Source: Alphaproteobacteria bacterium
GTDB lineage: Bacteria; Pseudomonadota; Alphaproteobacteria; RF32; CAG-239
Reading direction: 5' to 3'
Assembly (NCBI GenBank): GCA_020025875.1
Contig: JAHHRI010000001.1
Coordinates: forward strand, 9,979 to 73,978
Length of the DNA: 64,000 bases
Shown here in pieces: positions 19,030-28,737 of the stretch. Made by a program: the position numbers and the translations under genes. Within the stretch, counting starts at the first letter, position 1. Each line of letters begins with the position of its first letter. The notes under the pieces are model-generated. The model made no database searches. It had not been told where the DNA came from and saw only the letters and a list, made by a program, of their open reading frames with translations.

Positions 19030-20142
19030 TTAAGCGTTTTGCATCTGCGATGCCAGCTTGGTGTAATAAGTGCTGTCAAAGGCTCTTGACCGATCCATCG
19101 AATAGCTGAGCGGACGTGTTTTAAGCGGCGGACGCCGTCCGCTTAAACGAGCAATATGCTCACGGACATCTTCCGTTGTTTCCGTCATCTGTTGTTCGGG
19201 GACAGCCCGTTCCATAAAATCTTCCGCCACGCTGCGTTCATAAGCCTGCATCCGATCATCGTCCCAATGGAACAAAACTTCCTCTTTCAGCAAATCATCG
19301 AAGCGAAACGTCGGTTCGAACTGATCACCGATTTCGTTCTGATAAAGCATTTCCTGTTCGTCGTCACGGCGCAATTTATCATTTTCGTACATACCGTAAA
19401 AATCGTCATAATCGTCGTCCAAATCATCGTCGTCGCCATGATACACTTTTAATTTTTGCAACATATTTTTTGGCATATTCCATTGTGGCTGACGCTTCAT
19501 AAATTCGCGCATGGCTGCCACATAGACCACGGCCTTTTTATAGTCGTTTTCTTTTTTCTTAATGTCCACTTCCTGCGGCTTGTCTTTTTTATTGGCGGTG
19601 CTTTCCTTAATGCCGCTTCTGATCTGGCGTAGTTTGACCAATTTGTTGTATAGGGCGGCATAGTGTTTTTTGGCTTCGGGGAAAGCGCAGTTTTGAAACA
19701 AACCGAGACAAGTCAAAATTTCCGCCTCGCGAGAATAGGAATCGTCCAGCCACTCGTTTCGTTCTTCCAAATCGTCGTCCGACACAAAACCGTCGTTCAT
19801 ATGCTGCATAATTTCTGCGGATTCGGTAAACCAGCTGAAATATTCCTGCTCCGATGACGTTTCCGAACCGAGAGATTCTATCGTCATGGCAATTTGGAAC
19901 TGCAAATCGGCAACCGGCACTTCCTTATTGCCGATTTTGATACTCGATTTTTTGGGCGCAAGCACCAATTCTCGCGTCACTCTTTCGGATTCCTGCCGAT
20001 CAATATCCGGATATTCCTGCTGGACCGCGCGCATGATAATATTTTTGGAGCTGTCCAATTTGTCTTGACGATTCATCTGCATATAGCGCAGTCGTTCCAA
20101 ACGCTCCTGCCTCAATTTTCGTTTATTTTCCGATTCGTCCAT
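19030..20142 (-). CDS. Highly acidic hypothetical protein (370 aa; D/E-rich, DDDDLDDDYDD tract)
   Basis: Long ORF co-directional with and 25 bp downstream of the TerB-like gene; no signal peptide or known domain. Confidence 0.5.
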   Translation of the reverse strand: MDESENKRKLRQERLERLRYMQMNRQDKLDSSKNIIMRAVQQEYPDIDRQESERVTRELVLAPKKSSIKIGNKEVPVADLQFQIAMTIESLGSETSSEQEYFSWFTESAEIMQHMNDGFVSDDDLEERNEWLDDSYSREAEILTCLGLFQNCAFPEAKKHYAALYNKLVKLRQIRSGIKESTANKKDKPQEVDIKKKENDYKKAVVYVAAMREFMKRQPQWNMPKNMLQKLKVYHGDDDDLDDDYDDFYGMYENDKLRRDDEQEMLYQNEIGDQFEPTFRFDDLLKEEVLFHWDDDRMQAYERSVAEDFMERAVPEQQMTETTEDVREHIARLSGRRPPLKTRPLSYSMDRSRAFDSTYYTKLASQMQNA

Positions 20143-20166
20143 GATAAAATCTCCTGTAATGATAAA

Positions 20167-20604
20167 TCAGTTTCTGACTTCCTCAAAAATAATTTTTGCT
20201 TCTTCCGCCAGAATAATTTTATCAATAACCCAGTTGCTGATTTGTTCAATTTTATCCAGTTCAACACCCATCGCCTGCCCGACACGGCCGATAAACAAAG
20301 TTTCTTTATCGGTAAGCACATCGTCGGCATGCGCCAGAATGCACAGTTCTTTAATCAGTTCGAGTGCCACTCTGCGGCTTTTGATTTTTTTTAGATTTTC
20401 AACAATGACATCTCCATCGTCGGGAGCCAGAACCTCGCCAATTCTGTTTTCCGAAATTTGGTAAGTTTTCGCCAAATTTTTCACAAAACGTCTTTCGTTC
20501 TCGTCAAAAGAACCGTCGGCACAAGCCAATCTGGTAAAAGCCTTGAGATAGGCGACTCTGCTGTCTTCATCCATTTTCAGTATTTCTTCCAAGTGCGGAT
20601 CCAT
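20167..20604 (-). CDS. TerB-like (tellurite-resistance TerB fold) protein
   Basis: 145 aa with two D-x(6)-E type TerB repeats (ACADGSFDENERRFV; AHADDVLTDKETLFI). Confidence 0.55.
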   Translation of the reverse strand: MDPHLEEILKMDEDSRVAYLKAFTRLACADGSFDENERRFVKNLAKTYQISENRIGEVLAPDDGDVIVENLKKIKSRRVALELIKELCILAHADDVLTDKETLFIGRVGQAMGVELDKIEQISNWVIDKIILAEEAKIIFEEVRN

Positions 20605-20803
20605 AAGAACTCTCCTACAAATGTTAAACAGTGTTATCTATCGGTATGATAACAAAGACAAAAATGAATATCAACAAAAATCATTTTCCGATCTTTGGCA
20701 AAACATATCCTATCCTTCCCGATCATGGGACAAAAAACATTTGAAAATCGCCGCATTTAAGAATAATATGCAAACAATTAACAATTAACGGAACAAAAAT
20801 AAA

Positions 20804-22141
20804 GTGAAATACCACATCAAAACTTTTGGCTGCCAAATGAATGTTTACGATTCTCAGCGCATTGCCCACATTTTACAAAACATGGGACACACTCCGGCAA
20901 CCTCTCTCGCCGAGGCAGACCTCATCATCTTCAACACTTGCCACATCCGCGAAAAAGCGGCGGAAAAACTTTTTTCCGACCTCGGACGCATCAACCTGAT
21001 CAAAGAAGAACGCAAAGCCGCTGGACTGGAAACAATTATCGGCGTCGTTGGCTGCGTTGTACAGGCGGAAGACGAGGAAATTGCCCGACGGGCGCCGTTT
21101 GTCAATTTTGCCACCGGACCGCTCACCTATTATCGCATCCCTGAAATTTTGCAAAAAATCGCCCGCGATAAAAACCTTTGCATTATCGATACCGAATTTG
21201 CCGCCGACAGCAAATTCGACCATTTGCCGGAAAACCTCTCCGAAGGTGTCTGCTCTTATCTGGCCATTCAGGAAGGTTGCAACAACTTTTGCACCTACTG
21301 CATTGTTCCCTACACCCGCGGAGTGGAAACATCTCGCCCGATCGAAGACGTTTTAAAAGAAGCCCGCCGACTGGTAGAAACCGGCACGCTCGAAATTAAT
21401 CTGCTCGGGCAAAATGTGAATTCTTATCACGGCGAAGATGCCAGCGGTAAAGAACGCAACCTCGCCTATCTGCTGCACCGATTGGCAGAAATCGACGGTT
21501 TGGAGCGCATTCGCTACACCACCTCCTACCCTGCCGATGTCAATGACGAACTCATTGCCTGCCATCGGGACATCAAAAAGCTGATGCCATACCTGCATTT
21601 GCCGCTGCAATCGGGCTCTGACAAAATTTTAAAGGCAATGAACCGCCGCCACAGCGCCGGTCAATATCTCGAAACCGTCCGCAAACTAAAAGAAGCCGCG
21701 CCCGAACTCGGCCTTTCTTCCGACTTCATTGTCGGCTTCCCCGGAGAAACCGACGAAGACTTCGCCGCAACTTTGGAGATGGTTGACAAAGTCGGCTACA
21801 TTCAGGCCTATTCGTTCAAATACAGCCGGCGCGCCGGAACCCCCGCCGCGGTTTATCCCGCTCAGGTGCCGGAAAAGGTCAAGGCCGAGCGTTTAAACAT
21901 TTTGCAAGACAAATTATTTTCTCGGCAGTTAAACTTTAATAAAGAATGTATCGGTAAAATTATGCCGGTACTGTTTGAGAGTAGAGGTAAAAAGAAAGGT
22001 CAAATGTTCGGACGCACACCATATATGCAAAACCTGCATGCACAGGCACCGGCAGAAAGCCTCAACCGAATCTTGCCGGTACGCATTACCGATGCAACCG
22101 TCAACTCTTTAAGCGGATCAATTATACAACAACAAAAATAA
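20804..22141 (+). CDS. miaB: tRNA-i6A37 methylthiotransferase
   Basis: N-terminal MTTase Cys motif, radical-SAM CxxxCxxC (CNNFCTYC), TRAM C-terminus; 445 aa. Confidence 0.9.
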   Translation: MKYHIKTFGCQMNVYDSQRIAHILQNMGHTPATSLAEADLIIFNTCHIREKAAEKLFSDLGRINLIKEERKAAGLETIIGVVGCVVQAEDEEIARRAPFVNFATGPLTYYRIPEILQKIARDKNLCIIDTEFAADSKFDHLPENLSEGVCSYLAIQEGCNNFCTYCIVPYTRGVETSRPIEDVLKEARRLVETGTLEINLLGQNVNSYHGEDASGKERNLAYLLHRLAEIDGLERIRYTTSYPADVNDELIACHRDIKKLMPYLHLPLQSGSDKILKAMNRRHSAGQYLETVRKLKEAAPELGLSSDFIVGFPGETDEDFAATLEMVDKVGYIQAYSFKYSRRAGTPAAVYPAQVPEKVKAERLNILQDKLFSRQLNFNKECIGKIMPVLFESRGKKKGQMFGRTPYMQNLHAQAPAESLNRILPVRITDATVNSLSGSIIQQQK

Positions 22142-22150
22142 GGTGCAATT

Positions 22151-23131
22151 ATGGCAGAAATTGAATTTGAACTTTTTAACAACCAACTTGTTCAACAATT
22201 AGTCGGTTCGCAAGACAGCAATCTGAAAATCATAGAAAAAGCGCTGACCGTGGAAATTGCCACTTTTGGCAACCAAATCCGTATCAGCGGCAGCGACGAA
22301 GCGGTACAACAGGCCAAATCGGCAATCGACGCTCTTTATTCCAAAGTCAGCCGCGGCATTGCCGTCAGTGATCAGGAAGTGATGGCTGCCGTACGTATCA
22401 GCAGCGCGGAACCAAGCAGCAAACCGCGGATCAATATTGACGACATTGTCCTTAAAACCAAAAAACGCCATATCTATCCCCGCTCCGCCACCCAAGCCGA
22501 ATATATCGTCGAGATGATGAACAACGAGTTGGTTTTTGGGTTAGGCCCTGCCGGCACGGGTAAAACTTATCTGGCTGTCGCGCTGGCGGTTACCATGATG
22601 CTCGAAGGTACGATCGACAAAATCATTCTCTCCCGTCCGGCCGTTGAAGCCGGCGAAAACTTGGGTTTTCTGCCCGGTGATTTGAAAGACAAAGTCGACC
22701 CCTATTTGCGCCCGCTTTACGATGCTTTGTACGAAATGCTGCCGGCCGAACAGGTTGACAAAAAACTTGCCGCCGGCGAAATAGAAATTGCGCCGCTGGC
22801 TTTCATGCGCGGACGTACGCTGTCAAACGCTTTTGTTATTCTTGACGAAGCTCAAAACACCACTCCCATGCAGATGAAAATGTTTCTTACGCGTTTGGGC
22901 GAAAATTCGCGCATGGTTGTCAACGGCGACTTAAGTCAGGTAGACTTGCCGCGCGGGGTGGTTTCCGGTCTGCGCGATGCACTCGGCACTTTGCGCGGGG
23001 TCAGCGGCATCAGTTCGGTTACTTTCAGTGCCGCCGACGTCGTCCGTCACGGTCTGGTTGCCAAAATCGTCCGTGCTTACGAACAAAAATATCATCAGGA
23101 AGAAACGACAAATGATGAAAACAACGCTTAA
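22151..23131 (+). CDS. phoH: PhoH-family ATPase
   Basis: Walker A GPAGTGKTYLA, PhoH C-terminal domain; 326 aa. Confidence 0.85.
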   Translation: MAEIEFELFNNQLVQQLVGSQDSNLKIIEKALTVEIATFGNQIRISGSDEAVQQAKSAIDALYSKVSRGIAVSDQEVMAAVRISSAEPSSKPRINIDDIVLKTKKRHIYPRSATQAEYIVEMMNNELVFGLGPAGTGKTYLAVALAVTMMLEGTIDKIILSRPAVEAGENLGFLPGDLKDKVDPYLRPLYDALYEMLPAEQVDKKLAAGEIEIAPLAFMRGRTLSNAFVILDEAQNTTPMQMKMFLTRLGENSRMVVNGDLSQVDLPRGVVSGLRDALGTLRGVSGISSVTFSAADVVRHGLVAKIVRAYEQKYHQEETTNDENNA

Positions 23132-23624
23132 CCTCAACCTCGGCGACAACAACTGGAATGACGGGCTGCCCGATGCGGCAGCCCTGTCGGCAAAGATTTT
23201 CCAAACGGTTATAGAGCGGCTGGATCCGAAGTTTTTGCAAAACAAAAAAGATATTTCTCTCAATCTGGAGCTAAGCAACGACAACGCCATACAAACACTC
23301 AACCGCCAATTTCGCCATCTTGACAAACCAACCAACGTGTTGTCTTTCGCCAACATTGATGATGACGATTTCTTCAATACCCTGCCCGAAATGTCGGAAG
23401 TCGAACTCGGCGACATCATCATTGCTTACGAAACCATATCTGCCCAAAGCAAAGATCAAGAGATCGACTTTCGAGCGCACTATATCCACATTCTGGTTCA
23501 CGGGATTCTTCATCTGCTGGGCTACGATCATCAGGAAGAAGAAGAACAAAAGGAAATGGAGGCCTTGGAAACGATGTTGTTGGCAGAGATGGGCATTGCC
23601 GATCCGTATGCCCAAGACGAATAA
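23112..23624 (+). CDS. ybeY: rRNA maturation endoribonuclease YbeY
   Basis: HGILHLLGYDH zinc-binding motif; real start at MMKTTL (23112), overlapping the phoH 3' end. Confidence 0.85.
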   Translation: MMKTTLNLNLGDNNWNDGLPDAAALSAKIFQTVIERLDPKFLQNKKDISLNLELSNDNAIQTLNRQFRHLDKPTNVLSFANIDDDDFFNTLPEMSEVELGDIIIAYETISAQSKDQEIDFRAHYIHILVHGILHLLGYDHQEEEEQKEMEALETMLLAEMGIADPYAQDE

Positions 23625-23722
23625 TTTTTTTGTTCCGCATTTTTCAGGACGCGCCTTGTAACAGTCGCCGACGAAGAACACTCCTCTTTTGATACAAACC
23701 ACCAACTTTTGGCAAAAAATTC

Positions 23723-25258
23723 ATGCATTGGCTCAATAATACAAAACAATTCTTTGAAAAATTTTCAAAATCTGCGGCGCTGATATTGGGCGGATTGTCA
23801 ACAGCCGCGTTGCCGCCATATTATTTTTTACCGTTGTTGGTGTTTGCGTTTGCCGGTCTTATGTTTCTGCTGCTGACCAGCCCGTCGCCGAAAAAAGCCT
23901 TTGCCCTCGGCTACTGGTTCGGCTTCGGCCATTTTGCCTGCGGTCTGTTTTGGATTAACCATGCTCTGATGACGGATCTGCCGCGTTTAGGCTGGCTGAT
24001 TCCCTTCTGTTTGGCGGGCAGCGGCGGTTTTTTCGGTCTGTTTACGGCTTTCCCCGCTCTGTTTTGCCGCTTTTTCAGCGGCGTTTGGTCAAAGCTGCTT
24101 GCTTTTGCCGCCGCTTGGACTTTTTTTGAATGGATCCGTAGTTTTATCTTCAGCGGTTTTCCGTGGAATCTGTTGGGCACGGTTTGGGCATTCAGCGACA
24201 ACGCCATTCAGGCGGCTTCCGTGTTTGGCACTTACGGGCTTTCGCTTCTGACCGTTGTTGCCGCCGGCGCTTGGGGGATTCCTCTGTTTCGTCCCGAACG
24301 AAAAAATCTGCTTGCCGCCTTCCTTGTTTCTTTGTTGCTGCCGGCATTGTTGTTTACCTACGGCAGCTTGCGCCTTAATCGCCATGCCCGTGAAACTTTC
24401 TCCGACATCAATATCAGAATCGTCCAACCTGCCATTCCTCAACAACTCAAATGGCACAAAGAAATGCTGGAGAACAATCTGCAAGCTTACATAGAAGCCT
24501 CTATCCGCAACATACCTTCGCAAACAAACATGGTCATCTGGGGAGAAACCGCCAATCCCTTTGTGCTTAGCCTGCAGCCCCAATATCTTGATTGGCTTTT
24601 GCAAGCGGTGCCGACTGACGGCTACCTGATCACCGGTGCGCTCGACTATCTTTACGATGGCAACAAATGGCGTCCGGTCAATGCCATGCAGGCGCTGGAC
24701 AGAAAAGGTGTTGCCGCCTCCTACAGCAAATCTCATCTGGTTCCTTTCGGCGAATATATACCTTTGCGCTCATATCTGCCGGCAAGCCTAAAGCCGGTGA
24801 CCAACGTCATTGCCGACTTTATCTCCGGCACCGGTCCTGCCACCGTTTCTTTGCCGCAAATACCGCCGTTTGGCACGCTGATCTGCTACGAAATTATTTT
24901 TCCTGCCGCCGTTACCGATCCGCAACAACGCCCCGAATGGCTGATCAATCTGACCAACGATGGTTGGTATGGCGACAGCGCCGGCCCGCATCAACACTTG
25001 ATTGCCGCCCGTATGCGCGCGGTGGAAGAAGGGTTGACCATCGTGCGTGCCGCCAATTCAGGCATCAGCGCCCTCATTTCCAAAACGGGGGTGGTTCTTC
25101 GCTCTTTGCCGCTGAACGTTTCCGGCACGCTCGATTTTGCCCTGCCCGAAAAACTGTCCGTCCCAACCCCCTACTCCCGATACCATAATCTGACGGTTAT
25201 GCTGCTTTGCCTGTTTGCTCTCACAACGGCTTTCTGGCTGTCGAAACATTCGCTATGA
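23723..25258 (+). CDS. lnt: Apolipoprotein N-acyltransferase
   Basis: N-terminal polytopic membrane domain plus C-terminal CN-hydrolase domain (…WGETA…, …CYEIIFP…); 511 aa. Confidence 0.85.
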   Translation: MHWLNNTKQFFEKFSKSAALILGGLSTAALPPYYFLPLLVFAFAGLMFLLLTSPSPKKAFALGYWFGFGHFACGLFWINHALMTDLPRLGWLIPFCLAGSGGFFGLFTAFPALFCRFFSGVWSKLLAFAAAWTFFEWIRSFIFSGFPWNLLGTVWAFSDNAIQAASVFGTYGLSLLTVVAAGAWGIPLFRPERKNLLAAFLVSLLLPALLFTYGSLRLNRHARETFSDINIRIVQPAIPQQLKWHKEMLENNLQAYIEASIRNIPSQTNMVIWGETANPFVLSLQPQYLDWLLQAVPTDGYLITGALDYLYDGNKWRPVNAMQALDRKGVAASYSKSHLVPFGEYIPLRSYLPASLKPVTNVIADFISGTGPATVSLPQIPPFGTLICYEIIFPAAVTDPQQRPEWLINLTNDGWYGDSAGPHQHLIAARMRAVEEGLTIVRAANSGISALISKTGVVLRSLPLNVSGTLDFALPEKLSVPTPYSRYHNLTVMLLCLFALTTAFWLSKHSL

Positions 25259-25380
25259 AAAACAACACCGCCCCGACAAATCAATTACTTAAAGTTTTAT
25301 AAATCAAATTGATATATAAAATATTATATAAAAACCGTTGACATCAACCACTAAAAATTGCATTATATAAACGTAATTTT

Positions 25381-25893
25381 GTGGAGAATGAGATGAACTT
25401 GACTAAATCAAAAAAAACCAGCCGCGGAAGAACGCCCAGCGGACAACCCAACCCGATTGACGTACACGTCGGCAACCGCATTCGTTTGCGCCGGACACTG
25501 CTAGGCTACTCTCAGGAAAAGCTTGCTTCCATGTTGGGGCTAACTTTTCAACAGGTGCAGAAATACGAACGCGGCAACAACCGTGTCGGTGCCAGTCGTT
25601 TATGGGACATCAGCAAGGTGTTGAATGTGCCGATCAATTTCTTTTATGAAGATATGGATCGTAAAGTGGCTCAGCAAAGCCCGCGTGTTTTCAGCGCGCA
25701 GGAGGGTGTTCTCAGTTTTGAAGAAAACCAAGAAGAAATAGATATGGATCCAATGAAACGACAAGAAACACTGGAACTGGTCAAAGCCTATTACCGCATA
25801 CCCAACCGCAAGGCTGCCAAATATCTCTTTAATTTGATTATTACCATGTCCAAAAGCGGCGGAGATCGCCATCAAATAGGCGACGACGAATAA
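25381..25893 (+). CDS. XRE-family helix-turn-helix transcriptional regulator
   Basis: HTH_3-like segment LRRTLLGYSQEKLASMLGLTFQQVQKYERGNNRVGASRLWDISKVLNV; sigma70-like promoter (TTGACA…TATAAA) and a palindrome atcaaattgat upstream. Confidence 0.65.
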   Translation: MENEMNLTKSKKTSRGRTPSGQPNPIDVHVGNRIRLRRTLLGYSQEKLASMLGLTFQQVQKYERGNNRVGASRLWDISKVLNVPINFFYEDMDRKVAQQSPRVFSAQEGVLSFEENQEEIDMDPMKRQETLELVKAYYRIPNRKAAKYLFNLIITMSKSGGDRHQIGDDE

Positions 25894-25919
25894 TAAAATA
25901 CGCACATATGCTTAAAAAA

Positions 25920-25946
25920 AGCTGGCATTTTTCTGCCGGCTTTTTA
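25920..25946 (+). terminator. Rho-independent terminator after the HTH gene
   Basis: gctggca-tttttc-tgccggc hairpin followed by TTTTT. Confidence 0.5.
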
Positions 25947-25992
25947 TTATATCAAAAAACAACAACTTTCAACCAACGGGAAACATCAAACT

Positions 25993-27135
25993 ATGAGCTT
26001 TCTTTTTAGCAGCGAGGCCGTTTCTGCCGGACATCCGGACAAAGTCTGCGACCAAATATCAGATACCCTGCTTGATCTTTTTCTGGCGGCAGACCCCAAC
26101 GCGCATACCGCCGTTGAAACTTTGGCAACCACCCGTCAGGTGATTATCTCCGGCGAAACACTCAGTTCTTGCCCGCCTTCTGCCGAAAAAATCGAAGAAT
26201 CCGTCCGCGCTCTCATTGCAAAAATCGGCTACCATCAATCGGGGTTCGCCCCCCAAAACGTGCAAATCACCAATCTCACGCACTGCCAGTCGGCAGACAT
26301 TGCCCAAGGTATCAAAGATTTTGGCGCCGGCGATCAAGGCATAATGTTCGGCTATGCCAAAAATGAACAAGGCTATGACAACGAATATATGCCTTTGGGT
26401 ATTTGGCTGGCCAACAAATTGCTGGCGGAATTGCGGCTTGCGGCGCTACCGGGGCTGGAACCAGACGCCAAATCTCAAATAACCTTGGAATATAACGACA
26501 AGCGGCAAGCGGTTGCCGTTCGTTCGGTGGTTCTTTCCACCCAACACCACGAAAGCCTTTCTCCGGAAAATCTGCGGGAAATGGTCAAACCGGTGATCCG
26601 CCAAACAATTCCGCCGATTCTTTTATCGGAACGTACCGAATATCTGATTAATCCGGCAGGACGTTTTGTCATCGGCGGTCCCAACGGCGACTGCGGTCTA
26701 ACCGGACGCAAAATCGTTGCCGACACATACGGCGGCTATGCGCCGCACGGAGGCGGTGCTTTTTCAGGCAAAGACCCAAGCAAAGTTGACCGTTCCGCCG
26801 CCTATATGATGCGCTATTTGGCAAAAAATATCGTTGCCGCCGGACTAGCCGACGAATGCCTGCTGCAAATATCCTACGCCATTGGCAAAAAAGATCCGTT
26901 GTCGTTGTTTATCGACTGCCGCGGAACGGCCAAAGTCGACGAAAAAGCCTTGCTGAAGAAAATCCCCGAATTGGTCGATCTCACCCCTCGGGGAATAATC
27001 AACCGCCTACAGCTCCGCCGCCCCATATACACACCGACTGCCGCCTATGGGCATTTTGGCCGCCAACCGCAGGCCAACGGAGAATTTTCTTGGGAAAGAA
27101 CAGATTTATGTAAGGAACTCGCCTCATGTTTTTAG
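25993..27135 (+). CDS. metK: S-adenosylmethionine synthetase
   Basis: N-terminal …SAGHPDKVCDQISD…, GGGAFSGKDPSKVDRS motifs; 380 aa. Confidence 0.9.
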   Translation: MSFLFSSEAVSAGHPDKVCDQISDTLLDLFLAADPNAHTAVETLATTRQVIISGETLSSCPPSAEKIEESVRALIAKIGYHQSGFAPQNVQITNLTHCQSADIAQGIKDFGAGDQGIMFGYAKNEQGYDNEYMPLGIWLANKLLAELRLAALPGLEPDAKSQITLEYNDKRQAVAVRSVVLSTQHHESLSPENLREMVKPVIRQTIPPILLSERTEYLINPAGRFVIGGPNGDCGLTGRKIVADTYGGYAPHGGGAFSGKDPSKVDRSAAYMMRYLAKNIVAAGLADECLLQISYAIGKKDPLSLFIDCRGTAKVDEKALLKKIPELVDLTPRGIINRLQLRRPIYTPTAAYGHFGRQPQANGEFSWERTDLCKELASCF

Positions 27136-27839
27136 ATGACAAACCGCATTTTTTCGGGCGCCGCAAAGGGCGTCGCATTCGCAAAGCCAAAACCGCCCTG
27201 CTGGAAGAGTTTTTGCCTCAAGTTACGCTTTCTTTGCAAAATCCGTTCAGTTTTGGCATTGAGCCTAAAAAAATTTGTTTGGAAATAGGCTTCGGAGACG
27301 GCACCCATCTGGCAGGTATTGCCGCCCTTCATCCGGAAAACGGCTATATCGGCGCGGAAGTTTTTCAAAACGGCGTGGCCAACCTGCTCAGCCTGATTAC
27401 CGGCATTAAAGAAAGTTCGGAAATCGGCGAGGATATCCGCCTTTTGCCGGAAAGAAGCGACAACATCCGCATTTACGGCGACGACATAAGACTTTTGTTT
27501 CCGCATATACCCGATGCTTCCGTTGACGAAATATTTTTGCTGTTTCCTGACCCGTGGCCCAAAAAACGCCATGCCGACCGCCGCTTTGTTAATCAGGAAA
27601 ACCTAAAGCAGCTGGCACGGATTTTAAAGATCGGCGGCAAACTGCTGATTGCCACCGATCACCCGATATACAAACGCTGGACATTAAGACAAATGCAACA
27701 AACACCTCACTTTCATTGGACGGCAACCTGCGGCAACGACTGGAAGCGCGAACCCGTCGACTGGGTTAAAACCAAATATCAGCAAAAAGCCCTGCGGGAA
27801 GGCAGACGCCCCGTCTTTTTGCAATATGAAAGAAATTAA
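27126..27839 (+). CDS. trmB: tRNA (guanine-N7)-methyltransferase
   Basis: Class I SAM MTase motif LEIGFGDG, …LLFPDPWPKKRH… TrmB signature; overlaps metK stop. Confidence 0.85.
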   Translation: MFLDDKPHFFGRRKGRRIRKAKTALLEEFLPQVTLSLQNPFSFGIEPKKICLEIGFGDGTHLAGIAALHPENGYIGAEVFQNGVANLLSLITGIKESSEIGEDIRLLPERSDNIRIYGDDIRLLFPHIPDASVDEIFLLFPDPWPKKRHADRRFVNQENLKQLARILKIGGKLLIATDHPIYKRWTLRQMQQTPHFHWTATCGNDWKREPVDWVKTKYQQKALREGRRPVFLQYERN

Positions 27840-27933
27840 CCTGCTGAAACATTTGGTAAAGTTTTGTGTTTTTACTTTACAAGCACATCTTTGTAAGCTA
27901 CCACTATCACATAAACAACTTTAAGGATACAAA

Positions 27934-28737
27934 TTGATGAGCAACATTCACCCCTCCGCCGTCATTGAAGACGGTGCCCAAATTGCCGACAGTGCCAAAA
28001 TCGGCCCCTTCTGTTTTATCGGCGCCAAAGCAAAAATCGGAGAAAACGTCCAACTGATCTCCCATGTCAGCATTATGAACGATACAACCGTCGGGGAAGG
28101 CACCATCGTTTTTCCGGGGGCCGTTTTGGGTGGCGGACCACAAGACCACGGTAACGAATTTCAACCGGAAGCAAAACTCATCATCGGCAAAAACAACATT
28201 ATCAGAGAACACGTCACCATGCAGTGCGGCACGCCAAAAGAACACTTTACCACCGTTGTCGGTGATAACGGGATGTTTATGGTCAACAGCCATGTGGCGC
28301 ACGACTGTGTCGTCGGCAACAACGTCATCATGACCAACAACGCCGTTATCGGCGGTCATGTTCATGTTGGTGACGGCGCCATTTTAGGCGGCAACTGTGC
28401 CGTTCACCAATTTTGCCGTATCGGTCGCAAAGCCATGATCGGCGGTATGTCCGGCGTTGCCCGCGACGTCATTCCCTTTGGCATTGTCACCGGAGATCGC
28501 GCCAAACTGAGAGGACTAAACCTTATAGGTCTAAAGCGCAGCGGCTTTTCTCCCGTCGAAGTCAAAGCCATGACTCGCGCCTATATGTACATTTTCAAAT
28601 CCTCCGAAGGCAATTTTGAAAGCCGCCTGAACAATGCCCACGAAAAATACAAAAACGATGCCCTGATTATGGAAATGGTAGGGTTTATTGACGACGCCTT
28701 AAAAGGTCGTCGCAATATCATGACGGCGGAAGCCTAA
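27934..28737 (+). CDS. lpxA: UDP-N-acetylglucosamine O-acyltransferase
   Basis: Left-handed beta-helix hexapeptide repeats, IHPSAVIEDGAQI start, C-terminal helical domain; 267 aa. Confidence 0.85.
   Translation: MMSNIHPSAVIEDGAQIADSAKIGPFCFIGAKAKIGENVQLISHVSIMNDTTVGEGTIVFPGAVLGGGPQDHGNEFQPEAKLIIGKNNIIREHVTMQCGTPKEHFTTVVGDNGMFMVNSHVAHDCVVGNNVIMTNNAVIGGHVHVGDGAILGGNCAVHQFCRIGRKAMIGGMSGVARDVIPFGIVTGDRAKLRGLNLIGLKRSGFSPVEVKAMTRAYMYIFKSSEGNFESRLNNAHEKYKNDALIMEMVGFIDDALKGRRNIMTAEA

Noticed and set aside
25894-25992. SAM riboswitch upstream of metK
   Set aside because: The 5' leader is short (about 45 nt after the upstream terminator) and shows no recognisable SAM-II/SAM-I conserved elements by eye. 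It cannot be supported without a covariance-model scan.
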